Position numbers and translations under genes: made by a program. The notes below the pieces were generated by a model. The model had not been told where the DNA came from and ran no database searches. It saw nothing but the letters and a program-made list of their open reading frames with translations. Positions 19,935 to 29,204 of a stretch of DNA of 64,000 nt are shown here, piece by piece. This DNA is from an uncultured Chroococcidiopsis sp. (GTDB lineage Bacteria > Cyanobacteriota > Cyanobacteriia > Cyanobacteriales > Chroococcidiopsidaceae): contig CAXTYC010000001.1 in assembly GCA_964248365.1 (NCBI GenBank), positions 224,001 through 288,000 on the forward strand, read 5' to 3'. The first letter of the stretch is position 1. Every line of letters begins with the position of its first letter.

Positions 19935-21520
19935 TTAACTTGCAATTAATGGCTCTAGTATTAGTTTACATTCATCAAAACAATCAAATTTACTATTATC
20001 CTCTAGCAGCCAGCAGACACCAATGTGTCGATCAAATAGTAAGTAGTCTTTTAACCAAGGTTGGTGAGTGGGTGGAGTTTGTAAAACAATTACTAATACA
20101 GCATTTTTCCTGATTTGTCCACTACTATAGTATCGATAACGATACTCATATAGTTGACTTACAGCTTTTCTAACTTGGTCAATAATAATTGAAGCATCGC
20201 TACTTTTCATTTCAAATATAAACGTCAAGCTATCAGGGCTTTCAGATTCAAGGTATGGTAAGTTCTGTCCTACAAGATATGTATTTTGAATGGGAAATCC
20301 GCGAGGATATAGCTGATTTATATCATCTAGATTCACGCCCACATCTATCAAATCTGTTTCCCAAGGTTCTAAACCAGCTTTCTCAATGCATTCCTTCATC
20401 TTTTGAACTAGCAAATCATGCCAAGCATTACGTCGTTCTCGTAAGATGCGTGTAATTTCAGGATCAGAAGTAGCTTGAGGTTGCTTTCTTTGTGTTGAAC
20501 TTGGTCTATATTCTTTTTCGATTCTTCTAGGTTCTGGTAGTAAGGACTGCAAAGAAGTTGGAGATTCTACAGGTTGTACAGATGTAGATATAGTTGGACT
20601 GATTATTATTTCTCCAGCTATTCTCACAACTGCTTCAGCTGAGATTGTTTTGCAAGCATCAAAGTAATTTGCCCAATCTCCAGAAGCTAACACGTTACAC
20701 ACCTGGTCTAGGTCAGTGCATTGATTAAAATCTTCAAAAAAGCAGTTTATTGATTTAATTGCTTCAATTTGAATGTCTCGATTATGATTAAGAACATAAT
20801 CTCCATAGTTCAAAAGTCTTAAATTATTACCACGTTCGACTTCAAAAAGTCCTGTAGCCTCCAAAAAAGCAAACCTCTTTTCACCTTGCACTATCGGCAA
20901 TTGATGATTGTGGTATTTTTCTAAAACTTCAATTACTTCTTTTTTTGATGGAAAGGAATTACCCCTTAATTCTTGACAATTCACCAGTGTGTAAATTTCC
21001 TCTAGTGTAACAAATATTTCATCCTTAAGCCTTCCTTGTAAATAAGCTTTAGCCTCAAAAATATTTAAAATTAGACGGAGAGGACAAACTTTATAACCCG
21101 ACTAATTAAACTAAGCGTTTTACTTTGGCTTTGATGTTCTAAACTAGGACGATTCCGATTGTACTGCTGACCACGACCGTCTGGTCTTTGATAAAGACTG
21201 AGCTGTAACCTGCACGCTTCTACATTTGGCTCATATCCAATCAAATAGCGACGAGCGGTTTCACTTATATAACACTTCCAATAACCTTCTTGCCAAACTA
21301 TATGACCTACTCCTAATATTGACATATATATAGAGTAAATATCCCTAAAGGGAGAGCGAGCAGCTGTTGGAGATAAGAAGTTAAGTGTTCGATCAAATTG
21401 TTCTCGCTCAAAAGTTTGACCATCAAAACTCAAGAACACTTCAGCCAGTTTTACTAACTTTCTTTTCCAATCTTCTAGGCTAGACGCATGAATTTTATGA
21501 CTAAATAAATCGTCCAGCAT
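19935..21520 (-). pseudogene. Putative restriction endonuclease (C-terminal PD-(D/E)xK), frameshifted near 21098
   Basis: ORF 21071-21520 joins the 19935 ORF through frame GYKVCPLRLILNIFEAK...; C-terminal DVG...IFEMKS...QVRKAVSQLYEY; starts 2 bp after the methylase stop. Confidence 0.65.
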
Positions 21521-21522
21521 GG

Positions 21523-22202
21523 CTATTCTTTTTGTAAATAATCTAAACCTAAATACCGAACTGCTTCTTCATAAGTTAGAGTGGTTGAAGCATCAAATAG
21601 ATGCTTACGTATATGTGTAGCTAACAGTGCAGCAAAAAGGGGTGGGACTGCGTTACCAACTTGCCGAATAGGATGTCTACTTGTTCCACTAAATGCCCAA
21701 AAATCTGGAAATGTCTGCATTCTAGCAGATTCTCGTGGTGTTACTTCACGAGGGGTATAAGGATGGATATGTCCCTTGCCACCTCCAGCATCAGAGCCTA
21801 CAACAATTGTAAAACTTGGACGATTAGGGTCAAGCTTATTAATCCGAGTTTTTGGATCACGTTGTCCAAATTTTAATGAAGCATACCGCTCTTGTATTGT
21901 CTGGCTATGAACTCTACCTTTAGAAAAGAGTGAAAGCCAGTTTCTACACTCGAAGCTCGATTGGCTCTCAATGTAATGCAGCAGTGTGAGTCTTGCTCAA
22001 CACAGCATCGAGTCGAGAATCCTGCAACTTCAAAGCCTAGATCCATACCACCTGCTCCAGTAAATAGACTGACTGTTGAAATTGGATCAAAGGCGGGACG
22101 TAGTAGCGATTTGTACTTAGGTACTGCTGATTCTGTTGATGTAGCCTCCTTTACTGCTTGCATTCGGATCAACCCAAAAAATTCGTATAGAGAAGATAAC
22201 AA
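21523..22202 (-). pseudogene. C5-cytosine DNA methyltransferase with a large internal deletion
   Basis: Motif I SLFTGAGGMDLGFE is fused out of frame (near 21920) to the TRD end and motifs IX/X (HP...REVTPRESARMQTFPD, QVGNAVPP); no PCQ or ENV motifs. Confidence 0.88.
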
Positions 22203-22220
22203 CTAATTTAAGCACAGTAC

Positions 22221-22285
22221 TAGGGTGCGTTGCAGGTCGCACCCTACAGGTTTCTCGTTCCCAACCTTAGTTTAGGAAACACGCC
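22221..22285. repeat. Two adjacent REP-like palindromes at the R-M boundary
   Basis: TAGGGTGCG...CGCACCCTA followed by a degenerate CTCGTTCCCA...AGGAAAC. Confidence 0.55.
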
Positions 22286-22351
22286 TTGGAAGTCTCAAAC
22301 TCCTAGTAGAGTAAATTGTTTGCCACCCATACCCACCTGACTCTCGTTTAT

Positions 22352-23707
22352 TTACCCCTTCGGAAATATCTCCCCTATCTGAGTGGGATTCAATCCATAA
22401 AATTCATCCTGGTGCTGTAATCCATTCAATCCCCACAAGAAAACACCCCTAGCACCCAAAGCAAAAGCTTGTTGCGCCCAATTTCGATAAATCTTGATTC
22501 GCTCTTGCTGCAATGCTGTAGGTGTTAGAGGCGATCGCAGCTGTTGCGACTGACTCCGACACCAACCCATCTCGCCAACATACCAAGGCTTATTACCAAT
22601 AGCAGCAGCGCGGGATTTTAGCCATTCTTCTCCCATTTTTATGTAGCTTTCTGAACGCTGGGGCTGATTCGGTTGTAATAAATAATTCCATCCTCGGCGA
22701 TCCGCATACTTATCGCCACAATCTTTCTGCTTTGGTAACTCCACTTCTTCATGAGGATACATATGAATACTCCCCATCGTGAAAGCGCTATTCTTTTCGT
22801 AGAGATTCGTTTTCAGATCGATTCCTTCATAGTACTGACTTTCATTTTTTAGGTACTTCAAATTAAGATCAACAGGAGACACTAACCAGCCTTCTTCTCC
22901 TGAAGTAATATTGACACTTGCAGGTAAATTTTTGCTTAAAAATGCTGCCTGACGATTTAGCCATTGAGCAACAATTTGATGGGAATATAAACCATCCTTG
23001 ACAACCTGATTACTTTCACTGTAACGACTTTTTCCTCTTGGCTCATTCATCACATCGACAATTACCACTTTGGAATTATTTTTAAAAGCATTAATTACCG
23101 GAGTTATCTGCGACTGGAATAATTTTTCGACTTCTGGTAAAGTATAAAAATCAATTGCGTATTTTTTATAAAATTCTTCGTCTTTTTTATTACAAAAGGC
23201 ATCAAACCAATCTTCCAGTTTAATGCGACCAGCCCATTCTAGATAACGCAGAATACCCCCATACTCTATCCAGTAGTTAGCAAGAACAGGCACTTGGTAA
23301 AAACCGATTTGGGCTAGAGATTGCATCATAATTTCTAAAATCTCTAGTACCTGTTCATCCATTTGGTCGGCTGTTGTCCAGAGAGCAGCATCAAATATAT
23401 TTTTTCCTAGTACTTTATTTGATATAGGATAATTGTTTCCTGCTAAAAACCGGATAGCATTAATTTTACTTTTGTCTCGTAATCTTGCCAACCCTAAATC
23501 ATCTTGAAGATATTTAGCAACTACTTTACGAGGAACAGCATTAGGATTTTGTTTTGCTTTACGGTAACTCTCCATTAGGAGATAGAAAGCATTGATACCA
23601 TAAAGATGCTCTTGGGAAGCTGCCATAGCAGGAATCATTTGAGAAGCTAATGCTGCTCCAGACATTTGCGTTAAAAATTTTATAAATTTTCTTCTGGGTA
23701 AATGCAT
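22352..23707 (-). CDS. Tat-exported GH5 (clan A) glycoside hydrolase, beta-mannanase-like
   Basis: RRKFIK Tat motif; NYW.EYGG; acid/base MNEPR; SIHMYP; nucleophile VGEMG; FLW. Confidence 0.78.
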   Translation of the reverse strand: MHLPRRKFIKFLTQMSGAALASQMIPAMAASQEHLYGINAFYLLMESYRKAKQNPNAVPRKVVAKYLQDDLGLARLRDKSKINAIRFLAGNNYPISNKVLGKNIFDAALWTTADQMDEQVLEILEIMMQSLAQIGFYQVPVLANYWIEYGGILRYLEWAGRIKLEDWFDAFCNKKDEEFYKKYAIDFYTLPEVEKLFQSQITPVINAFKNNSKVVIVDVMNEPRGKSRYSESNQVVKDGLYSHQIVAQWLNRQAAFLSKNLPASVNITSGEEGWLVSPVDLNLKYLKNESQYYEGIDLKTNLYEKNSAFTMGSIHMYPHEEVELPKQKDCGDKYADRRGWNYLLQPNQPQRSESYIKMGEEWLKSRAAAIGNKPWYVGEMGWCRSQSQQLRSPLTPTALQQERIKIYRNWAQQAFALGARGVFLWGLNGLQHQDEFYGLNPTQIGEIFPKG

Positions 23708-23743
23708 AAGTATAGTTATTATAATAATTAATATTCACAAATC

Positions 23744-23824
23744 ATCAGTTATCAGTTTTCTGTTATTACTCATCAGTTATCAGTTATTAATTCCTGGTGG
23801 GGGTAACTGGTAACTGATAACTGA
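23744..23824. repeat. Inverted heptamer STRR (ATCAGTT / AACTGAT)
   Basis: Directly visible. Confidence 0.75.
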
Positions 23825-24160
23825 ATAAATATCCAGGTAACTGTCTTTAAAATATTGTGTAAACCGGATTAGTATAAATGCTCCCTGTCCTATATTTTAA
23901 TAGCTTTTTACCCATTAGGATATATATTTACAAAGAATGAAATATTAATGAAGCTTCTACCCTAAGTTGGATGGAATGTTTCATGAATTTCATGAAGATT
24001 ACATGAAAACACACAGTTGTGCTGTTGTGGATTCAGATGCAAATACCCTTCCACGAGGGGGGGAGATTAATTGAATCGAAACACTGTTTTTGCAACAGCA
24101 CAAAGTCCTATACCGCGCTACATTTAGCGTCGGGCAATAGCAAGATAAACAGGAGAGTAG

Positions 24161-24652
24161 ATGAGCGCAATATACCCACGTAGAAAAGTTTTACGCCCAA
24201 TGGCGTGGCTGCTTAGTGTGTTGCTAATAGTTCCATTTTTGTCAGCTTGTGGAGGCGGTTCTCGCCACAGTTCTGCTCCACCGCCACCCGTTGACGATAC
24301 TCGTGGTGGAATAGTGTCTAATCCTCAAGGCGCAAATCAACCCGAAGCCAGGAAGAAGGGATTAACGACAGGGCAAAAAGTGGCGATTTTGGGTGGAGCC
24401 GCCGCACTATACTATCTCTACAATCGGCATAAAAACAAGCAAGAGCAGGGAGCGCAAGGCAAGTATTATCTTTCTAAAAACGGGCGCGTTTACTACCGCG
24501 ATGCTGAAGGTCGCGCTCACTGGGTAACGCCGCCGCAGGGGGGAATTCAAGTCCCAGAATCAGAGGCGCAGCAGTACCGAGATTTCCAGGGATATAATAA
24601 CAGTCCTACAGGTCGAAACTTAACTGACTTGCAGCCAAGTGCCGCACAGTAA
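24161..24652 (+). CDS. Hypothetical lipoprotein
   Basis: AGGAG RBS, lipobox LSAC, GQKVAILGGAAALYYLY, YYLSKNGRVYYRD. Confidence 0.8.
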   Translation: MSAIYPRRKVLRPMAWLLSVLLIVPFLSACGGGSRHSSAPPPPVDDTRGGIVSNPQGANQPEARKKGLTTGQKVAILGGAAALYYLYNRHKNKQEQGAQGKYYLSKNGRVYYRDAEGRAHWVTPPQGGIQVPESEAQQYRDFQGYNNSPTGRNLTDLQPSAAQ

Positions 24653-24748
24653 TGTTGTTGGAGGCGTTAAACTAAGGCATTGGCGATCGCAGCTTTAGAA
24701 ACAAAATTCACTCAGCCGTTCCAGTAGGAATGTAAAAAGGAGATAAAT

Positions 24749-25054
24749 ATGGTTGACGACTTTTTACGCAGAGCAGCGGACGCTTTTTTGGGTAAACACA
24801 ACGATGAGGAGCGCCCACGTCCAGCCAGTGAAGATCCCTATGGCGATCCAGCCGACACTGGATACTACGGCGACGTTCGCCCAGCTAGCGAAGATCCCTA
24901 TGGCGATCCAGCCGACACTGGATACTACGGCGACGTTCGCCCAGCCAGCGAAGATCCCTACGGCGATCCAGCCGATCAAGACTATTACGGTAACGCTCGT
25001 CCGGCTAGCGATGATCCCTACGGCGATCCAGGCGATCGCCGCAACATCTGGTAA
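24749..25054 (+). CDS. Small acidic repeat protein (four RPASEDPYGDPAD-type units)
   Basis: AAGGAG RBS; 60-bp tandem repeat with largely synonymous variation in this frame. Confidence 0.8.
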   Translation: MVDDFLRRAADAFLGKHNDEERPRPASEDPYGDPADTGYYGDVRPASEDPYGDPADTGYYGDVRPASEDPYGDPADQDYYGNARPASDDPYGDPGDRRNIW

Positions 25055-25068
25055 TCTAGAGCAACCAT

Positions 25069-25111
25069 GTAGAACTCGTTCCCAAGAACCCAGCCTGGGA
25101 ACGAGTTCTAC
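25069..25111. repeat. REP-like palindrome with 16-bp arms
   Basis: GTAGAACTCGTTCCCA-N11-TGGGAACGAGTTCTAC. Confidence 0.85.
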
Positions 25112-25167
25112 TTGTGTCTTGTGTCTTGTGTCTTGTGTCTTGTGTCTTGTGTCTTGTGTCTTGTGTC
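25111..25167. repeat. Heptamer STRR (CTTGTGT)x8
   Basis: Directly visible. Confidence 0.95.
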
Positions 25168-25176
25168 TCCTTTCTT

Positions 25177-25995
25177 CTAAGGTGTTATGGTTTCTGTAGA
25201 AGGTGGAACGGGTTTGACTTTTTGACGACGAGAGCCAAAGGTATACCAAATTTGGGCTTCAAAACTACCCCCATTTTCGGTCAAATTCTTGAAACCTCCT
25301 ACACTTAGAGTTAAATTGTCCGTTGCACCCCACCGAAATTGTCCGCCAAGTTTCGAGAAGTCCTTTTGATCTGATTCTTGCAAGCGATAGATACCATAAA
25401 ATTGAGTGGCTAGTGCAAATCGCTTCACTAGATCGACACTAAGTTCGCCAGTCAGCCGCAATTCATTACTTGCAGAACCAAAGTAGTCTCGATAGCCAAT
25501 TTCTAAAGTTCCATAGCCATTGCGTTGTTTATCTATTGCGAAACCACGAGTGATCGGTAAACTGATTTCTACCCCCACATCCTGATTCCCTGAGCCGGAT
25601 GGATCTTCCTTAGCATCATAACCCAGAGGTACAATTAGACTTCCCTGAATAGCTGTTGCCCAATTCGGATCTCGGTTGAAGCGCCAACGTACTCCTAACT
25701 CTTGAGCAGAAAAACCTTGATTGCGGTTGCGATTATAATCATTTTTTGACCAGGTATAAGGAGATTTAAAAATTAAGGTTAAATCATCCTGTAAGCCATG
25801 TTCGAGATAAAACTGAATCTCCTGTTTATGGAATGTGTCAGTGTCAAAGTTACTGTAGCTAAAGGAAGTAAAGTTAAAGCCCTTGGGTTGGGTAAATCCT
25901 CCACAATAGCCTCGCCCTCCTGCACAAATTGATAGTAACCCAGTTAGTGCTACAGATGCGATCGCCCTCGTCAGATGTTTTACCCTAAAGCCCAT
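25177..25995 (-). CDS. Probable outer-membrane beta-barrel protein
   Basis: Signal peptide, alternating amphipathic strands (YLEHGL, ELGVRWRF, LEIGYR, LSVGGF, QIWYTF); overlaps the upstream gene. Confidence 0.65.
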   Translation of the reverse strand: MGFRVKHLTRAIASVALTGLLSICAGGRGYCGGFTQPKGFNFTSFSYSNFDTDTFHKQEIQFYLEHGLQDDLTLIFKSPYTWSKNDYNRNRNQGFSAQELGVRWRFNRDPNWATAIQGSLIVPLGYDAKEDPSGSGNQDVGVEISLPITRGFAIDKQRNGYGTLEIGYRDYFGSASNELRLTGELSVDLVKRFALATQFYGIYRLQESDQKDFSKLGGQFRWGATDNLTLSVGGFKNLTENGGSFEAQIWYTFGSRRQKVKPVPPSTETITP

Positions 25996-27068
25996 TGTCC
26001 CTCCTGTAAGACTCCTTTAAAAGTCTTGGCAGCATCTAGGGCATTATAGGGATTGTTCTTGTACAGACCATAATGCATGAGAGAAAACTTATCTAGCCCT
26101 AAATGAGTTACTGATTTAAGCCAATCTGGACGAGACATAATCGCAAAATCACGAGTAACTGTATCAGCACGACCGCCATTCGGGTGATACTCCTTAATCG
26201 AAGGTTCATAGTGAGAAACCATCAGCGATTTGTTGTACTTCGAAAAAACTTCACAACATTGACGAATTTGCTCTGGATTACCCAAATCAGCACGTTTGAG
26301 TTCTGGATTATACTCACCCGTTGGTCTTGGTCGCATAGATTGAAACGCAATCCCATCCATCTGCTGTAACATAGAAGCAAACGGTGGAATCATACTCCTG
26401 CCTTTGCGTTGAGACCGATAATCAAACGTAACAATCCAACCTCCCCAACTCGGAGCTACCCAAGCATTAGGCAATTGACTTTTGATTACCGCTCTTGCCT
26501 TTAGTAAATTTTGCATCAGAGCGTCGTAATACCGAGCCGTTGTGCTATTGTAAGTGTCTGCTGGTACACGCCAATAAGAAAATTCTGTTGCCAATGTCCA
26601 ATAGGTTTGTCTGCCTTGAGGATTTGCCTTGCGAATGTATCCGGCTAATTCTTCTAAATCTTCTAAAAATTGTTGAGAAATATGGTAATCTCCTGTAGGT
26701 AGAGATGTATCATCTTCCCAACTAATCACTTGCAGACTGTAACCTTGAGCAAACCAGGCTGACAACAAACCCTGCTTGTGCCATTGTTGCCAGAAACTTA
26801 AATCTCCTTTTTTGTGGTCAAAACTATTAAGCCAACCAGCGAGAAAATCGGGAGACCAAGCTCGGACTAGTTCTTTGACATCTGGATTATTGTGTACTTC
26901 TCCAATCAGTCGGGATGGATCTGCTCCCATCCCCAATTTCCAAGGTCTAAAATTAGCTGCTTTAGCCAGCGATGATTCACTGTTTAACAAATTTTTTTTA
27001 CATGAAGCCAAAAATAAAGAAGTAGCAAATAATCCTTGTAAATATTGACGGCGAGTATAACGTTTCAT
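25980..27068 (-). CDS. Tat lipoprotein, probable TIM-barrel glycoside hydrolase-like protein (GH26/clan A-like)
   Basis: TRRQYL Tat motif and LASC lipobox; Trp-rich; LQVISWE, TLATEF, DGIAFQS strand pattern. Confidence 0.5.
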   Translation of the reverse strand: MKRYTRRQYLQGLFATSLFLASCKKNLLNSESSLAKAANFRPWKLGMGADPSRLIGEVHNNPDVKELVRAWSPDFLAGWLNSFDHKKGDLSFWQQWHKQGLLSAWFAQGYSLQVISWEDDTSLPTGDYHISQQFLEDLEELAGYIRKANPQGRQTYWTLATEFSYWRVPADTYNSTTARYYDALMQNLLKARAVIKSQLPNAWVAPSWGGWIVTFDYRSQRKGRSMIPPFASMLQQMDGIAFQSMRPRPTGEYNPELKRADLGNPEQIRQCCEVFSKYNKSLMVSHYEPSIKEYHPNGGRADTVTRDFAIMSRPDWLKSVTHLGLDKFSLMHYGLYKNNPYNALDAAKTFKGVLQEGQWALG

Positions 27069-28570
27069 GGATTGAGGCGTTGCAAAAGCTTATAGTGTGA
27101 TGTTCCAAATACCTCTTGAAATCCTGGCAAAGTAGTTTCAGCTAGTTGGGGCCAGTATGATAAAATTCGATCTTGCTCCTGACCACGAGTTTCATTACCT
27201 GGAACTAAGATAAAATCTGTTAAAAGGTCAGGTTGCTGTAAAGCCAAGAAAAATTCATTTTGGTAAGGCAAAATAAAGTGGCTAGCATCATTAATTAAAT
27301 AAATAAGTGGGAAATTAACTGCGTCATCCATTAAGACCTTTTGACCAGGTAAAAGTTTTTCAAACAGCACCTGAGCAATTTGTTGCTGTGCTTGCTTTTG
27401 CAAGAGCCATTGCTGCACTGACAGTGTGTCTGGCATTTCTTGGCGAGTTATTTGTCGCCATAAGATAGTTTCCTCTGGGACAAATTGATTTTGTTGAAGT
27501 AAAGAGACACTACAGAACAGACTTATAACTAAAGCCCCAGTAAGGACAAATCGCTGCCATTGTGTTGTTAAGGGAAACTGTTGTAAAATTAGTGGTAAAA
27601 TACCTAAGAAAATACCAAAGCGGCTGGCTTCAGGCATAAAAGTTCCCTGCCAAAAGCCAGCCACCAAAAAAATCACAGGTAAAAGCAAAATAGAAGTTGA
27701 TATTATCCATTTTTGCTCTCGCCAAACTACCCAACCAGCCACCAAAAGATAAACTGGAACAACTTGGATAATCCAGGTAAAACTACCTAGCCAACTACTC
27801 CAAAAATCTTCTTGTTGTAGGAATATTTTTGTTTCTGCTAAACGCATTCCACTGTAGTAACTATTGATAAAATAATAGGCATCTCCTGTAAATAACCAGT
27901 TCATATACATCCAGGTGGCAATCAATACCACACTCATAAATAGAGTGACTAAAATGGCTGTGAACCTAAAACCCCTGGATTCATTAGGAAAGAGTCGAGC
28001 TAAAGCAAGCGCTACCACAGGCAAAGTAAACCAAGCTTCGTAGCGCAGCAGCATCAAGGGAGCTAATCCCAATCCTAATAAAACCAACGCCAGTGTTGAA
28101 GGTAAGGCAGTCGCCTTGTTCTGGCTTAACATCCATAACAGCCCCATTAGCAGACTTAAAAAAATTGTTACCGTTACCCAAGCAGGGCTACGCACTAACA
28201 TTAAACTAAAGACAGGATTTAGTAAAATTAAAGCCGTCCAAACCCATTGCCAAGTTTTAGCAACGGGTGAATTTCCTATCTGCCAGGTAAGCAATCCAAT
28301 TAGAATAGCTCCCAGAATGACTTGCAAGGATACTGCCGATCCTAGAATCAAAGTGCCGTAAACTAACAAAGGAGGAAAAATAGAAACGATCGCTCTATAG
28401 CGTGGTTCGGCTCCAGTTAGGGCTTCGAGTGCTTTAGCTCCTAAGAACTCTAAGTCGTAACTTGAGAAACCTGTTATATCTAGCCAAGCTAATATCAGAC
28501 TCAGCACCAACAGAGCCAACAAGCCAGCACTCAGCCCCATCATTCGATTAGGCATATTGGGATTAACCAA
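27065..28570 (-). CDS. Polytopic membrane protein, GT-C fold (PMT/ArnT-like) glycosyltransferase candidate
   Basis: About 10-12 hydrophobic segments; FPPL, LRYEAW, NWLFTGDA, and a soluble C-terminal domain with VLMDD. Confidence 0.6.
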   Translation of the reverse strand: MVNPNMPNRMMGLSAGLLALLVLSLILAWLDITGFSSYDLEFLGAKALEALTGAEPRYRAIVSIFPPLLVYGTLILGSAVSLQVILGAILIGLLTWQIGNSPVAKTWQWVWTALILLNPVFSLMLVRSPAWVTVTIFLSLLMGLLWMLSQNKATALPSTLALVLLGLGLAPLMLLRYEAWFTLPVVALALARLFPNESRGFRFTAILVTLFMSVVLIATWMYMNWLFTGDAYYFINSYYSGMRLAETKIFLQQEDFWSSWLGSFTWIIQVVPVYLLVAGWVVWREQKWIISTSILLLPVIFLVAGFWQGTFMPEASRFGIFLGILPLILQQFPLTTQWQRFVLTGALVISLFCSVSLLQQNQFVPEETILWRQITRQEMPDTLSVQQWLLQKQAQQQIAQVLFEKLLPGQKVLMDDAVNFPLIYLINDASHFILPYQNEFFLALQQPDLLTDFILVPGNETRGQEQDRILSYWPQLAETTLPGFQEVFGTSHYKLLQRLNP

Positions 28571-28759
28571 AAGAGTTTATTCCTCTCCTCGTAAAATAGT
28601 ATTTTTAACCGTGTAAAATAGCCGATCATAACAATTTATGGAGTACTTGTGATAAATAAAACATATAAAATAAAATTTTGTCCAAATATAAAATTGAGCG
28701 CCTCCTCATGCAAATTTTGCTTAGATAGAATAAAGTTGTCTTTAACAGTGAGCCTGGAG

Positions 28760-28787
28760 CCAGTTACCAGTTATCAGTTACCAGTTA
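28760..28787. repeat. Heptamer STRR (CCAGTTA)x4
   Basis: Directly visible in the divergent promoter region. Confidence 0.8.
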
Positions 28788-29204
28788 AATGTTGGTAGCG
28801 TTTGAATAGCAGACAGAATTTACCAAGGGTGGTTTTGTTATCTACTTTCCTACGCAGTCTGTTACTATTGGTTGTCTTTTCTTATTTATACTTTATCTTA
28901 CAAGATATTTGTGTAAAATTATACCCAAATTTTCCAAGGGCAGAAAAACTTGGGTACTTAAAGTCGAAGATTTGCCCAGATGATTAAATTTGCAAAACAA
29001 TGTATTTGAAAGGATAAATTTAACTTATAATTTGGCTTTGATTAACTATTATTAAATGACTAAAAGAGTTAGAATTTTAAAATCAATATCATTACCCGAT
29101 TACCCTGATAATTTTGAACTATATTTTATCAAGTCAAAGTTGATAAATATAAGGCAGTAACAAATAGGATCTACTATTAGTTAATAACTAATAAGGAAAT
29201 TATT

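Noticed and set aside
24810..25035. 60-bp tandem repeat as CRISPR or a non-coding VNTR
   Set aside because: There are no unique spacers, and the variation preserves one reading frame that has an RBS, so it is a coding repeat
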